From Actinomycetota bacterium (GTDB lineage Bacteria > Actinomycetota > Thermoleophilia > RBG-16-64-13): DNA of 64,000 nt. A model generated the notes under the pieces. The model made no database searches. It worked only from the letters and a program-made list of their open reading frames with translations, and had not been told where the DNA came from. Within the stretch, counting starts at the first letter, position 1. Each line of letters starts with the position of its first letter. Both the position numbers and the translations under genes were made by a program. The DNA lies in assembly GCA_012523095.1 (NCBI GenBank), contig JAAYJE010000022.1, forward strand, positions 68,784 through 132,783, given 5' to 3'. Of this stretch, positions 22,306 through 31,189 are shown in pieces.

Positions 22306-22917
22306 CTACCTGTGCTCAAGGATCTTGTCGATGATCCCGTAATCGAGTGACTCCTGAGCCGTCATGAAGTAGTCCCGCTCGGTATCCCGCTCGACCTTCT
22401 CCAGCTCTTGGCCCGTCTGCTGGGCGAGTATTTCGTCAAGGCGTTTGCGCAGACTCAAAGCTTCGCGAGCGTGGATCTCGATGTCGGTAGCCGGCCCTTC
22501 AAAGCCTCCCGATACCTGATGGATAAGTATCTTGGAATTCGGGAGGGCGTAGCGTTTACCTTTGGCGCCCCCCGCCAGCAACAGGGCCCCCATCGACATG
22601 GCGATGCCCACGCATATGGTCGAAACGTCGGGCTTGATGAACTGCATGGTGTCGAATACGGCGAGACCCGCGTAGACATTGCCCCCGGGACTGTTGATGT
22701 AAAGGGAGATGTCCTTGTCGGGATCCTCAGATTCCAGATGCAGGAGCTGCGCCACCACCACGTTGGCAACCTGATCGTTGATCGGGGTGCCCAAGAAGAT
22801 GATGCGCTCGTTGAGCAGACGCGAGTAGATGTCGAAGGCTCGCTCGCCTCGGCTGGTCTGCTCGACCACCATGGGGATGAGTGGACTCACGACGCCGTCC
22901 TTTCCGCTAAGACTCAA
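22306..22917 (-). CDS. clpP: ATP-dependent Clp protease proteolytic subunit ClpP
   Basis: 203 aa, ClpP family. It is the only clpP copy between tig and clpX. Confidence 0.95.
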   Translation of the reverse strand: MSLSGKDGVVSPLIPMVVEQTSRGERAFDIYSRLLNERIIFLGTPINDQVANVVVAQLLHLESEDPDKDISLYINSPGGNVYAGLAVFDTMQFIKPDVSTICVGIAMSMGALLLAGGAKGKRYALPNSKILIHQVSGGFEGPATDIEIHAREALSLRKRLDEILAQQTGQELEKVERDTERDYFMTAQESLDYGIIDKILEHR

Positions 22918-24350
22918 CTACTTTCGGCCGCAGTGTCGCCCGCGTTCTCGGGCGCCTCGATCCCGACCGGCGCGGTCTCCGGCACCGCCTCGACCTCAGC
23001 CGATGCGGTCTCCATCGGCGCCTCGGATCCCGGCGCCGCATCGACCTCGGTCTCCGGCTCCACAGCCACCGTGTTCGCAGCGATGAAGTCCGCCGCCTTA
23101 TCGCGCAGCATCTGTTCCTTCAAGGATTCGATGCGCCCACTCTGACGCAGTCGGTCCCCGAGGACTTTTGCATCCACCTTGCCGGCGGCCGCCATCTGCG
23201 CCACCACGGCCTCGACTTCATCGTCGGTCGCCACGAGGCCCTCGGCCTTGGCCACCGCGCTCAGCACCAGCCCGGTCTTCACATTGTTCGCCGCCGTAGG
23301 CTTCATCTCCTCGATGAGCTGCTCGACCGTCTGCCCGGTCACCTCCGAGTAGACCTCCAGAGAACCGCCTCGCGACTCCAAAGAACGCTGGAAATCGGCC
23401 ACCATCTCCTCAGCCTGCTCGCGCACCACCACATCCGGAAGATCGAGCTCGGCGTTGTCGGCAACCGCCTTGACCGCCAGGGCGCGGAAGCGCTGATCGG
23501 ATGCTTGCTCCTTGCCCATTGTGATCTTCGAGCGGATCTCTTGACGAAGTTCCAGCAAGGTGGCGAACTCGCTGACCTCGGAGACCCATTTATCGGTGAG
23601 GGGCGGCAACACCTTCTCCTTGATCTCTTTGACGACTACGGTGAAGTCCACCGTCTTGCCGGCCAAGTCATCGGGCAGCTCCTCGGGGAGCGTCAAGGGG
23701 AAGGTTTTCTCTTCTTCGGCACTCATGCCGACGACCTGCTCTTCGGCTTCCGGGAAGATCCTGCCCCCTCCCACGTCGAAGACGAAGTCGCTCGCTTCCA
23801 GATTCTCAACCGGCTCTCCGTCAAACGCAGCCCGCAGGTCGGCGGTGACGAAGTCGCCCTGCTGCACCGTCCGGTCGCCTACCGGACGCAGTTCCGCGAA
23901 CTCGTCGCGGAGGTGGTCCATCTGGGCGTCGACCTCGGCGCCCTCCACCGCGGTCGGCTCCTTCGGCGCCTCCAGGCCCTTGTACTCACCCAGCACCACT
24001 TCGGGCATCACGGTCACCGTGGCCTTAAAGCCCAGCGGCCTGCCCATCTCGGGAAGCTCGTCGTCCAGCTCGATCTCCGGACGGTCGACCGGGTCCAGAT
24101 CCAGCTCGATGGCCGCCTGCGCGAACCAAGCCCCCATCGATTCCTCGACGGCGTCGACCAATATGGCCTCATCGCTCAGCCGCTGCCGGATCATGGACGC
24201 CGGGGCCTTGCCGGGGCGGAACCCGGGTAGGCGCACCTCGCGCGAGAGCTGCCTCAGCTTCTTGTCGAAAGCTTCCTGCAGTTCCTCGGTGGAAACCTCG
24301 ACCGCTAGTTTGACGGTGTTCCCATCGCGCTCACTGAGGGTGGTCTTCAC
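22914..24350 (-). CDS. tig: Trigger factor (ribosome-associated PPIase chaperone) with acidic C-terminal extension
   Basis: [50 protein letters not shown]... trigger-factor N-terminal domain. Confidence 0.9.
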   Translation of the reverse strand: MKTTLSERDGNTVKLAVEVSTEELQEAFDKKLRQLSREVRLPGFRPGKAPASMIRQRLSDEAILVDAVEESMGAWFAQAAIELDLDPVDRPEIELDDELPEMGRPLGFKATVTVMPEVVLGEYKGLEAPKEPTAVEGAEVDAQMDHLRDEFAELRPVGDRTVQQGDFVTADLRAAFDGEPVENLEASDFVFDVGGGRIFPEAEEQVVGMSAEEEKTFPLTLPEELPDDLAGKTVDFTVVVKEIKEKVLPPLTDKWVSEVSEFATLLELRQEIRSKITMGKEQASDQRFRALAVKAVADNAELDLPDVVVREQAEEMVADFQRSLESRGGSLEVYSEVTGQTVEQLIEEMKPTAANNVKTGLVLSAVAKAEGLVATDDEVEAVVAQMAAAGKVDAKVLGDRLRQSGRIESLKEQMLRDKAADFIAANTVAVEPETEVDAAPGSEAPMETASAEVEAVPETAPVGIEAPENAGDTAAESS

Positions 24351-24390
24351 GTCGATCCTTTCTTAGCTTCTGCTCCCGGAGCCGTTCGAG

Positions 24391-24470
24391 TGCGGGTGAG
24401 AGGACTCGAACCTCCACGTCAAAGACACATGCTCCTAAGGCATGCGCGTCTGCCATTCCGCCACACCCGC
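24391..24470 (-). tRNA. tRNA-Leu (anticodon TAG)
   Basis: Reverse complement gives acceptor GCGGGTG/CACCCGC, anticodon stem-loop catgc-CTTAGGA-gcatg, T-arm GGTTCGAGTCC, and a long variable arm. Ends are approximate. Confidence 0.8.
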
Positions 24471-24482
24471 GCGTTCCCAAAG

Positions 24483-24559
24483 GGGTGAACGACGGGACTT
24501 GAACCCGCGACCGCTGGGGCCACAACCCAGTGCTCTACCACCTGAGCTACGTTCACCAC
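24483..24559 (-). tRNA. tRNA-His (anticodon GTG)
   Basis: Reverse complement GTGGTGAACGTAGCTCAG..., anticodon loop ctggg-TTGTGGC-cccag, T-arm GGGTTCAAGTCCC. Confidence 0.85.
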
Positions 24560-24595
24560 GTTCTCCACTCCGACGCTCCGACGCCGGTCCGAAGG

Positions 24596-24669
<74 letters not shown>

Positions 24670-24708
24670 ACATTCCCCACGGCCGCCGTGGCCCGCGACC
24701 GGTCGAGG

Positions 24709-24781
<73 letters not shown>

Positions 24782-24815
24782 CCGTGCACGTCCTGCAGCT
24801 CCACCTGTGTCATGG

Positions 24816-24889
<74 letters not shown>

Positions 24890-25067
24890 ACAGCCTTGCA
24901 GCTCCGGCTTCGGTCGCGAGAGTATACCGTATAGACCCCCCGCCTGACCCCAAAACGGTTTCTGCATTACACTTGAACCGGCACGTCAAAGTCTTACGCC
25001 GCGCGACGTCGATGCCCTGCGGGCCCCGACGCGCCGACGGAGGCCGCGAAAGGCGCAAGGAGAGAGC

Positions 25068-26003
25068 ATGAAGATACTGGTCACGGGAGGAGCCGGTTTC
25101 ATCGCCTCGCATGTAAGTGATCGCTTATTGTCCCTCGGTCAACGGGTGACCATAGTCGACAATCTTTCCACGGGCAAACGTGAGAATCTCCCCGAAGCGG
25201 CAAGCTTCTACGAGATCGATATCCGCGACAGGAGCCTCGAGAAGGTGTTCGAGGCCGAGCAGCCGCAGGTGGTCATCCACCATGCCGCGCACGCCAACGT
25301 CGCCGAATCGGTGCGTAGACCTGGGTACAATGCTTCGGTTAACATCGGGGGCTCCATCAACGTGTTCGAGTGCTGTGTGCGGTACGGGGTGGAACGGGTC
25401 GTCTATGCAAGCACAGGAGGCGCTTTGTACGGGGAGGCCTGCTACATCCCGGCCGATGAGGTACATCCCATCGATCCCGTCTCGCCCTACGGGGTCAGCA
25501 AGCACGCGGTAGAGGAGTATCTCTATGCTTACGGCCAGACCCACGGCCTCGAATACGTGATCCTCCGCTATCCTAACGTCTACGGTCCACGCCAGGACCC
25601 TCACGGCGAAGCCGGGGTGGTTGCCATCTTCTCGCTGCAGCTCCTCACCAGACAGCGGCCCACCATCTTTGGCGACGGCGGCAAGACCCGCGACTACTGT
25701 CACGTGAGCGACATAGTGGATGCCAACATCCTCTCGCTCAGCAGCCCCAGTGGAGGTATCTACAACCTGGGACGCGGCATCGAGGTGAGCGACCTCGAGG
25801 TCTTCGAGAACGTACAGGAAGCCGTAGGGTCGGATGTCCGACCCATCTATGCCGAAGTCAGGCCCGGCGAGGTGGAGCATATGGCCCTGAACGCCACGAA
25901 AGCGGAGGAAGAGCTGGGCTGGCGCTGGAAGGTGGATATGATCGGCGGCGTCGCGACAACCGTGGAGTCCTATCGCCAACAGATAGAGAGGAAGCCGGAG
26001 TGA
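25068..26003 (+). CDS. NAD-dependent epimerase/dehydratase (UDP-glucose 4-epimerase GalE-like)
   Basis: Rossmann motif VTGGAGFIASH; catalytic YxxxK (SPYGVSK); 311 aa. Confidence 0.8.
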   Translation: MKILVTGGAGFIASHVSDRLLSLGQRVTIVDNLSTGKRENLPEAASFYEIDIRDRSLEKVFEAEQPQVVIHHAAHANVAESVRRPGYNASVNIGGSINVFECCVRYGVERVVYASTGGALYGEACYIPADEVHPIDPVSPYGVSKHAVEEYLYAYGQTHGLEYVILRYPNVYGPRQDPHGEAGVVAIFSLQLLTRQRPTIFGDGGKTRDYCHVSDIVDANILSLSSPSGGIYNLGRGIEVSDLEVFENVQEAVGSDVRPIYAEVRPGEVEHMALNATKAEEELGWRWKVDMIGGVATTVESYRQQIERKPE

Positions 26004-26569
26004 GCAAGAGAGAGCGCCGAGACGGCGACCGTGACCGCTGGAGCGATCGCAGAGACAATCAACCCGAAGACGAGCAACAGCGCCGCTCTGGAGAAGCGGA
26101 GGCCCAGGAAAGTGATTCCCTGGCGGCCCTCAAGGTCATCCTGTCCAAGGTAGCCGCCCTTCTGAAACCATTGCAGCTGAATCAGGAGGAGTCCATCAGA
26201 CTCGTCGAGCAACTGTACGGGAGCGTGCTCGACATGGACGTCAAGCTTGCCGGCGAAGCAGACGACACCCGCAAGTCGTCCGTGCTATCGCATATCCAGA
26301 ACACCACGATAAGTCGGGATGGCAACCGTTTGATCGTGGAATTCCCCGCCACCGAGGAGCAGAAAGCCAAGGGGCCCGCGGCGAAGAAGTCCGCCGCAAC
26401 CCAGGCGACAGCGGCGGCGGAGCCGGCGACGGGAACCGAGACGGCGGCCAAAGCCAAGCCGGCGACCAAGACCAAGACGGCGGCCAAAAGCAGGCCCGCA
26501 GCCAAACCCGAACCGGCGACCAAAGGCGGGCCCGCAGCCAAACCCGAACCGGCGACCGCGGACGAATAG
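26000..26569 (+). CDS. Hypothetical protein with charged N-terminus and C-terminal A/K/P-rich tandem repeats
   Basis: GTG start overlaps the epimerase stop (GTGA), suggesting coupling. Central region LKVILSKVAALLKPLQL... The C-terminus has a KPAAKPEPAT x2 repeat encoded by a 36-bp tandem DNA repeat. Confidence 0.45.
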   Translation: MSKRERRDGDRDRWSDRRDNQPEDEQQRRSGEAEAQESDSLAALKVILSKVAALLKPLQLNQEESIRLVEQLYGSVLDMDVKLAGEADDTRKSSVLSHIQNTTISRDGNRLIVEFPATEEQKAKGPAAKKSAATQATAAAEPATGTETAAKAKPATKTKTAAKSRPAAKPEPATKGGPAAKPEPATADE

Positions 26570-26583
26570 GCCGACGTCCTCGG

Positions 26584-27519
26584 CTATCCCTCGTCGAAGT
26601 AGGTCAACCGCCTGAAGAGCCCGAAGCGCTCCTTGATGTCCTCCTGAGTCAGGCGGAGCAGACGGTCGAGGCTGAATTCCTCCACCGCGAACGACGCGAT
26701 CGTGCTCCCGTAGATGATGGCGCGGGCCATGGCCGCGTCGCTCATCTCGCCGCAAGCGGCCAACGACCCCACGAAACCACCCGCGAACGTGTCGCCGGCC
26801 CCGGTGGGGTCGAACACCTGCTCCAGCGGCATGGCCGGGGCCGCGAAGAACTCCCCCTCGCAGGGACGGGTCATGAGCACGCCATGCTCACCCTTCTTGA
26901 CGACGACCGTGCTGGGTCCCATCGCTCGGATGACGCAGGCGGCCTTGACCAGGTTGGCCTCGCCCGATAACTCCCTGGCTTCGGCGTCGTTGATGATGAG
27001 TATGTCAACGCGCTTCAGCACCTCGCGCAACTCCTCGGGTGCGCCCTCGATCCAGTAGTTCATCGTGTCGGCGGCCACCAGGTGGGGTTTCTCGACCTGG
27101 TCAAGCACTTCGAGTTGTAACCGGGGATGGATGTTGCCCAGGAACACCACCGGCGACGTACGGTACGCGTCGGGTATGGTAGGCTCGAACTGCTCGAAGA
27201 CGTTGAGCTTCGTGTAGATGGTCTCTCGCGTGTTGAGGTCGAAGCCGTACTCGCCTTTCCAACGGAACGTCTCGCCGGGCACGGTCTGCAGACCGGCCAG
27301 GTCGATCCGGCGCCCTTCGAACAGCTCCGCCCCCCGGTCGGCGAAGTCTTCGCCCACCACCGCCACCAGCCTGACGTCGGTGAAGAACGCCGCCGCCACC
27401 GAGAAGTAGGTCGCCGAACCTCCTACCACACGCGACACCTCGCCGAACGGGTTCTTGATGGTGTCGAGAGCCACGGACCCGACCGCAAGGATCGGGCTCA
27501 AAGGTGAAGAGCCGCTCAT
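26584..27519 (-). CDS. PfkB-family carbohydrate/nucleoside kinase (ribokinase superfamily)
   Basis: DPTGAGDTFAGGF anion-hole/ATP motif and an N-terminal GG motif; 311 aa. Confidence 0.8.
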   Translation of the reverse strand: MSGSSPLSPILAVGSVALDTIKNPFGEVSRVVGGSATYFSVAAAFFTDVRLVAVVGEDFADRGAELFEGRRIDLAGLQTVPGETFRWKGEYGFDLNTRETIYTKLNVFEQFEPTIPDAYRTSPVVFLGNIHPRLQLEVLDQVEKPHLVAADTMNYWIEGAPEELREVLKRVDILIINDAEARELSGEANLVKAACVIRAMGPSTVVVKKGEHGVLMTRPCEGEFFAAPAMPLEQVFDPTGAGDTFAGGFVGSLAACGEMSDAAMARAIIYGSTIASFAVEEFSLDRLLRLTQEDIKERFGLFRRLTYFDEG

Positions 27520-27526
27520 CCGCGCC

Positions 27527-28390
27527 TCATCTCACGTACTTGCTTATGAGCGGCGCCAGATCGCGTCTGGTCTGCTCGGAGATGGCGTCAGGACTGGTGA
27601 GGATGGCCGTGGCGAGAGCGCTCCCGCACGAGCAACCACGCTCCGACGGCACCCGCTCCACGGCCTCGGCGATGATCTGCTGCGCCACCTGCACATTCCG
27701 CTGTAGGTTCGCGACGATCATGTCCACATTCACGTGGTCGGCCTCCGGGTGCCAGCAGTCGTAGTCGGTGACATGCGCGATGGTCGTGTAACAGATCTCG
27801 GCCTCCCGGGCCAGCTTGGCTTCCTGAAGGTTGGTCATCCCGACCACGTCCATCCCCCAACTCCGGTAGAGCTGCGACTCCGCGAGGGTAGAGAACTGCG
27901 GCCCCTCCATGCATACGTAAGTGCCGCCCAGATGGACGGACGCGCCGGCCGTCTGCGCCGATTCGAAGACGATGCGGCTGAGCTCGGGACACACCGGGTG
28001 GGCGAACGACACGTGCACGGCGATCCCCTGTTGATGAAAAAAGGAGCTGACCCTCCCTCTCGTGCGATCGAGGAACTGGTCGGGGATGACCACGTCGAGG
28101 GGCGGATACTCCTCCTTGAGGCTACCCACGGCACTGACCGAGAAGATCCGTTCCACTCCCAGGAGTTTGAGTCCGAATATGTTGGCGCGGAAGTTCAGCT
28201 CCGACGGCGGGATCCGGTGCCCCGCCCCGTGCCGGGCCAGGAACGCCACGCGGCGCCCTCGGAGCGTGGCCGTCACGTAAGGCCCGCTGGGGTCGCCGAA
28301 GGGCGTCGATACGTGGACTTCCTCGCGGTCGGCCAGCTCTGCCATGTCGTAAAGGCCACTACCGCCGATGATACCTATCTGGATTGACAT
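27527..28390 (-). CDS. mtnP: S-methyl-5'-thioadenosine phosphorylase (MTAP, PNP/MTAP family)
   Basis: MSIQIGIIGGSGLYD... PNP_UDP_1 family, 287 aa. It is 8 nt upstream of the PfkB kinase, suggesting an operon. Confidence 0.85.
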   Translation of the reverse strand: MSIQIGIIGGSGLYDMAELADREEVHVSTPFGDPSGPYVTATLRGRRVAFLARHGAGHRIPPSELNFRANIFGLKLLGVERIFSVSAVGSLKEEYPPLDVVIPDQFLDRTRGRVSSFFHQQGIAVHVSFAHPVCPELSRIVFESAQTAGASVHLGGTYVCMEGPQFSTLAESQLYRSWGMDVVGMTNLQEAKLAREAEICYTTIAHVTDYDCWHPEADHVNVDMIVANLQRNVQVAQQIIAEAVERVPSERGCSCGSALATAILTSPDAISEQTRRDLAPLISKYVR

Positions 28391-28443
28391 GCTCCTCCCT
28401 CAAGGATCTGATGGCCGCGCGCCGGACGCGCCGCCCCAGAGTA

Positions 28444-28989
28444 TCACGCACTCTCGTCGCCCCCGGAAGCCTCGTCGCCCCCGACAGCCTCACCGCCCCC
28501 GGCAGCCTCACCGCCCTCAGCGGCTTCTTCGCCCTGAGCGGCTTCGTCGCCCCCGGCAGCTTCATGACCGCCCTTGTCTCGGGCCCCCAAGGCCCCCACG
28601 TACTCAAGCTGCAATTGGGACAACATGCCTCGATGGACGGCCACCTCGCCGACGGGCTTCGCCTTCTCGAGGAGCTCGAGCAAGGCCTTGAACGCGTCAA
28701 TGGCCAACCGAGCCTGCTCCATGTCACGTCCCGCCGCGGTGTCCGGCGCCAGACCCATGCGGGCGACGGCCAGACTCGAAAGGGACTGCATCATGAAGAC
28801 CAGATGGTCGCCGACGGACAGATTCCGAATCTCCTCCTGCAGGCGCTCCATCATCTCAGCATTCTCAAGCTCCTCCGCCCCTCGAGCCGGCTCCGGCTCC
28901 TCGGCGCGCGCCGGTTCCTTTGCTGGCTCGACCTCAGACTCCTGGATCTCCGGTTCCCGGTCTTGCTGTTCTTCCATATGTGCAGGCAC
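28444..28989 (-). CDS. DUF1844-like protein with acidic N-terminus and Gly/Asp/Glu/Ala-rich repetitive C-terminus
   Basis: Core VFMMQSLSSLAVARMGLAPDTAAGRDMEQARLAIDAFKALLELL resembles DUF1844. The C-terminus is encoded by roughly 18-bp tandem repeats. Confidence 0.5.
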   Translation of the reverse strand: MPAHMEEQQDREPEIQESEVEPAKEPARAEEPEPARGAEELENAEMMERLQEEIRNLSVGDHLVFMMQSLSSLAVARMGLAPDTAAGRDMEQARLAIDAFKALLELLEKAKPVGEVAVHRGMLSQLQLEYVGALGARDKGGHEAAGGDEAAQGEEAAEGGEAAGGGEAVGGDEASGGDESA

Positions 28990-29089
28990 CTCCTCCGTTC
29001 ACTACCTGACCATCGACGTTATCACAGTCTCCACTGTTAGAATTGCACATGGTGAGCATGCTAACGAACCATAGGATCCGGGAGAGCCA

Positions 29090-29746
29090 TTGAGTGTGAC
29101 TGAGCGCGTGGCCGACACCGAAAGCGATCCGGACGCTACACTCATAGAGCGGGCCCGCGAGGGAGACTCCGAGGCCTTGACAGACCTCTACCGCCGTCAC
29201 GAACGCCGCGCCTACAACTTGGCCCTCCGTACCCTGGGCGACCCCTGGGATGCGGCCGATGTGGCCCAGGAAGCCTTCATCAAAGCCTTCAAAAACCTTG
29301 ACTCGTTCAAGGGCGAGGCCCGTTTCAGCACCTGGTTCCACCGCATCGTGGTCAATGCCGCCTACGATCATCTGCGCCGTCAGCGACCGGAGCCCATGGA
29401 CTCCGAGATCCTGGACGACCTTTCCGGTCCGTCAGGCCCGGCGGCCGTCGTCGCCACAGGTAGGGACGGCATCGACCCGGCCATGGACGGCCTGTCCGAC
29501 CCGTTGCGTGATGCGCTCATGCGCCTGAACGAGGGATTCAGGTTCGCAGTGGTTCTATGCGACCTGCTGGGCTTCCCCTATGGCGAAGCCGCCGAGATAC
29601 TCGAAGTGCAGGAGGGAACCATCAAATCCCGCATCTTCCGAGCCAGGGAGGCGCTGGCGGCCGCATTGATCGAAGTGGGATACGAACTCCCTGGAGCGGC
29701 GACCCCCGATGCAAGGAACCCGGAGCGCGATGATCGCGTCACATGA
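29090..29746 (+). CDS. ECF-type RNA polymerase sigma-70 factor (SigE-like)
   Basis: Region 2 (YRRHERRAYNLALRTLGDPWDAADVAQEAFIKAF) and region 4 present; TTG start. Confidence 0.85.
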   Translation: MSVTERVADTESDPDATLIERAREGDSEALTDLYRRHERRAYNLALRTLGDPWDAADVAQEAFIKAFKNLDSFKGEARFSTWFHRIVVNAAYDHLRRQRPEPMDSEILDDLSGPSGPAAVVATGRDGIDPAMDGLSDPLRDALMRLNEGFRFAVVLCDLLGFPYGEAAEILEVQEGTIKSRIFRAREALAAALIEVGYELPGAATPDARNPERDDRVT

Positions 29747-29768
29747 TAGGGCAAGATAAGGAAGACTT

Positions 29769-31052
29769 GTGATGTTCAGGGGCAAGAACAAGCACGGTCG
29801 TGACAGAGCTCCCATGACGGAGTTGACCGGCCACATAGACGACTGGATGGCTTTGGCCGTCGATTATATCGACGGACGACTAGGTCCACCGGCCAAGGCG
29901 GCAGTCGACCGGCATCTCGACGAGTGCCCCGCCTGCGCCGTCCGGATGCGGGCCCAGCAGGGAGCGATCGCCTTCCTGCAGGCCGCTCCTCTCGAGACTG
30001 CTCCCGCCGAGCTCGAAGATAGGGTCCTCGACGAGGTACTCTTCCCCGCCGCTCCCGCTCGAACGATCATCAGCCGAAAAGCGGACGAACCTCCCAGGTG
30101 GTCGAGTTTATGGTGGCGCAGGATCAAACCTTGGGCACCCGCTGCGATCGGCGTGGTGGCGGTTTTTGTGGTTCTCATCAGCTATGGCGTCTTTCGATCG
30201 ACGGCGACCGACTCCTCCGACTCTGATGCCACGACCAAGGCCGTGGCATCGGTCGAATCGACGAAGGAGACGGCGGACAGTTATGCCGGAAACGAGGAGA
30301 ATCTCCCTGCCGGACAGTCCTACGGGCCGAGAGACGTAGCCGGCGGACAGGAGCCCGCGGACGCCGCGACCGCGGCCGGGGCGGAGACCACGACTGCTCC
30401 CATGTCGACCACGGTCGCGGCTGAGATCACCTCGACCACGACCGACGTGACCACGACGGCGGCAGGCGACATGAGCGCTGAGATCGGCACAATGGGCGCG
30501 TCGGCTACCGGGAATGCCGCCGTCACCTCAGGTCCCCCCGAGACGACTCAGGACCGCAAGACCATGATCACGGACCTCAAGGATGCCACGGAGCCCGTCT
30601 GCTTCCTATTGGAGAGCGCAGGAACCGTGCAGGGCGCTGCGAAGACGACGGCTGCAGACGCCGCGGCCAACCAGTTGACCGAGATCACCGGACTAGAACC
30701 TCTGGAGATGTCTCTCTCCCCGGACGGCCCCCTGTTCGCCGCCTACGTTCCCCGCAACGACGCCACCCAGTTGGTAGATCTCTTGCGGTCCATCGGAGCC
30801 TCGCTGGGCCTATCCGTCGGCCTGAGCACGCAGCCGCACGCGCTCACGAACGAACTCATCACCAAGCTCGCCACGACAGGGGCTGAGCTGCCCGAGCTCT
30901 CGGCCACAAAGGCGCCGCAACCGGCGATATCGGGCTGGATGTTCACCACGTCCACGTCGCCGGCGCCCAGAGATGCGGTGGGGGCAGGCGACACGCAATC
31001 GCCGGTCCAAACGGCGGCGCACATCCTCGTCGTGATCTGGGTGAGGAACTAG
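29769..31052 (+). CDS. Anti-sigma factor, zf-HC2 type (RseA-like) with single TM and large Thr/Ala-rich extracytoplasmic domain
   Basis: HLDECPACAVRM zinc motif, TM WAPAAIGVVAVFVVLISYGVF, immediately downstream of the ECF sigma gene. Confidence 0.7.
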   Translation: MMFRGKNKHGRDRAPMTELTGHIDDWMALAVDYIDGRLGPPAKAAVDRHLDECPACAVRMRAQQGAIAFLQAAPLETAPAELEDRVLDEVLFPAAPARTIISRKADEPPRWSSLWWRRIKPWAPAAIGVVAVFVVLISYGVFRSTATDSSDSDATTKAVASVESTKETADSYAGNEENLPAGQSYGPRDVAGGQEPADAATAAGAETTTAPMSTTVAAEITSTTTDVTTTAAGDMSAEIGTMGASATGNAAVTSGPPETTQDRKTMITDLKDATEPVCFLLESAGTVQGAAKTTAADAAANQLTEITGLEPLEMSLSPDGPLFAAYVPRNDATQLVDLLRSIGASLGLSVGLSTQPHALTNELITKLATTGAELPELSATKAPQPAISGWMFTTSTSPAPRDAVGAGDTQSPVQTAAHILVVIWVRN

Positions 31053-31057
31053 AGAAA

Positions 31058-31136
31058 GATGGTCGGGGTGCCGGGATTTGAACCCGGGACCTCATCGTCC
31101 CGAACGATGCGCGCTACCAGGCTGCGCTACACCCCG
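31058..31136 (-). tRNA. tRNA-Pro (anticodon CGG), CCA encoded
   Basis: Reverse complement CGGGGTGTAGCGCAGCCTGGTAGCGC..., anticodon loop catcg-TTCGGGA-cgatg, T-arm GGGTTCAAATCCC, 3' CACCCCGACCA. Confidence 0.85.
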
Positions 31137-31189
31137 CCCTAAAATGCTCCCGTCACTGGTCGTGACGGTCGCCTATTGTATACCATCGC

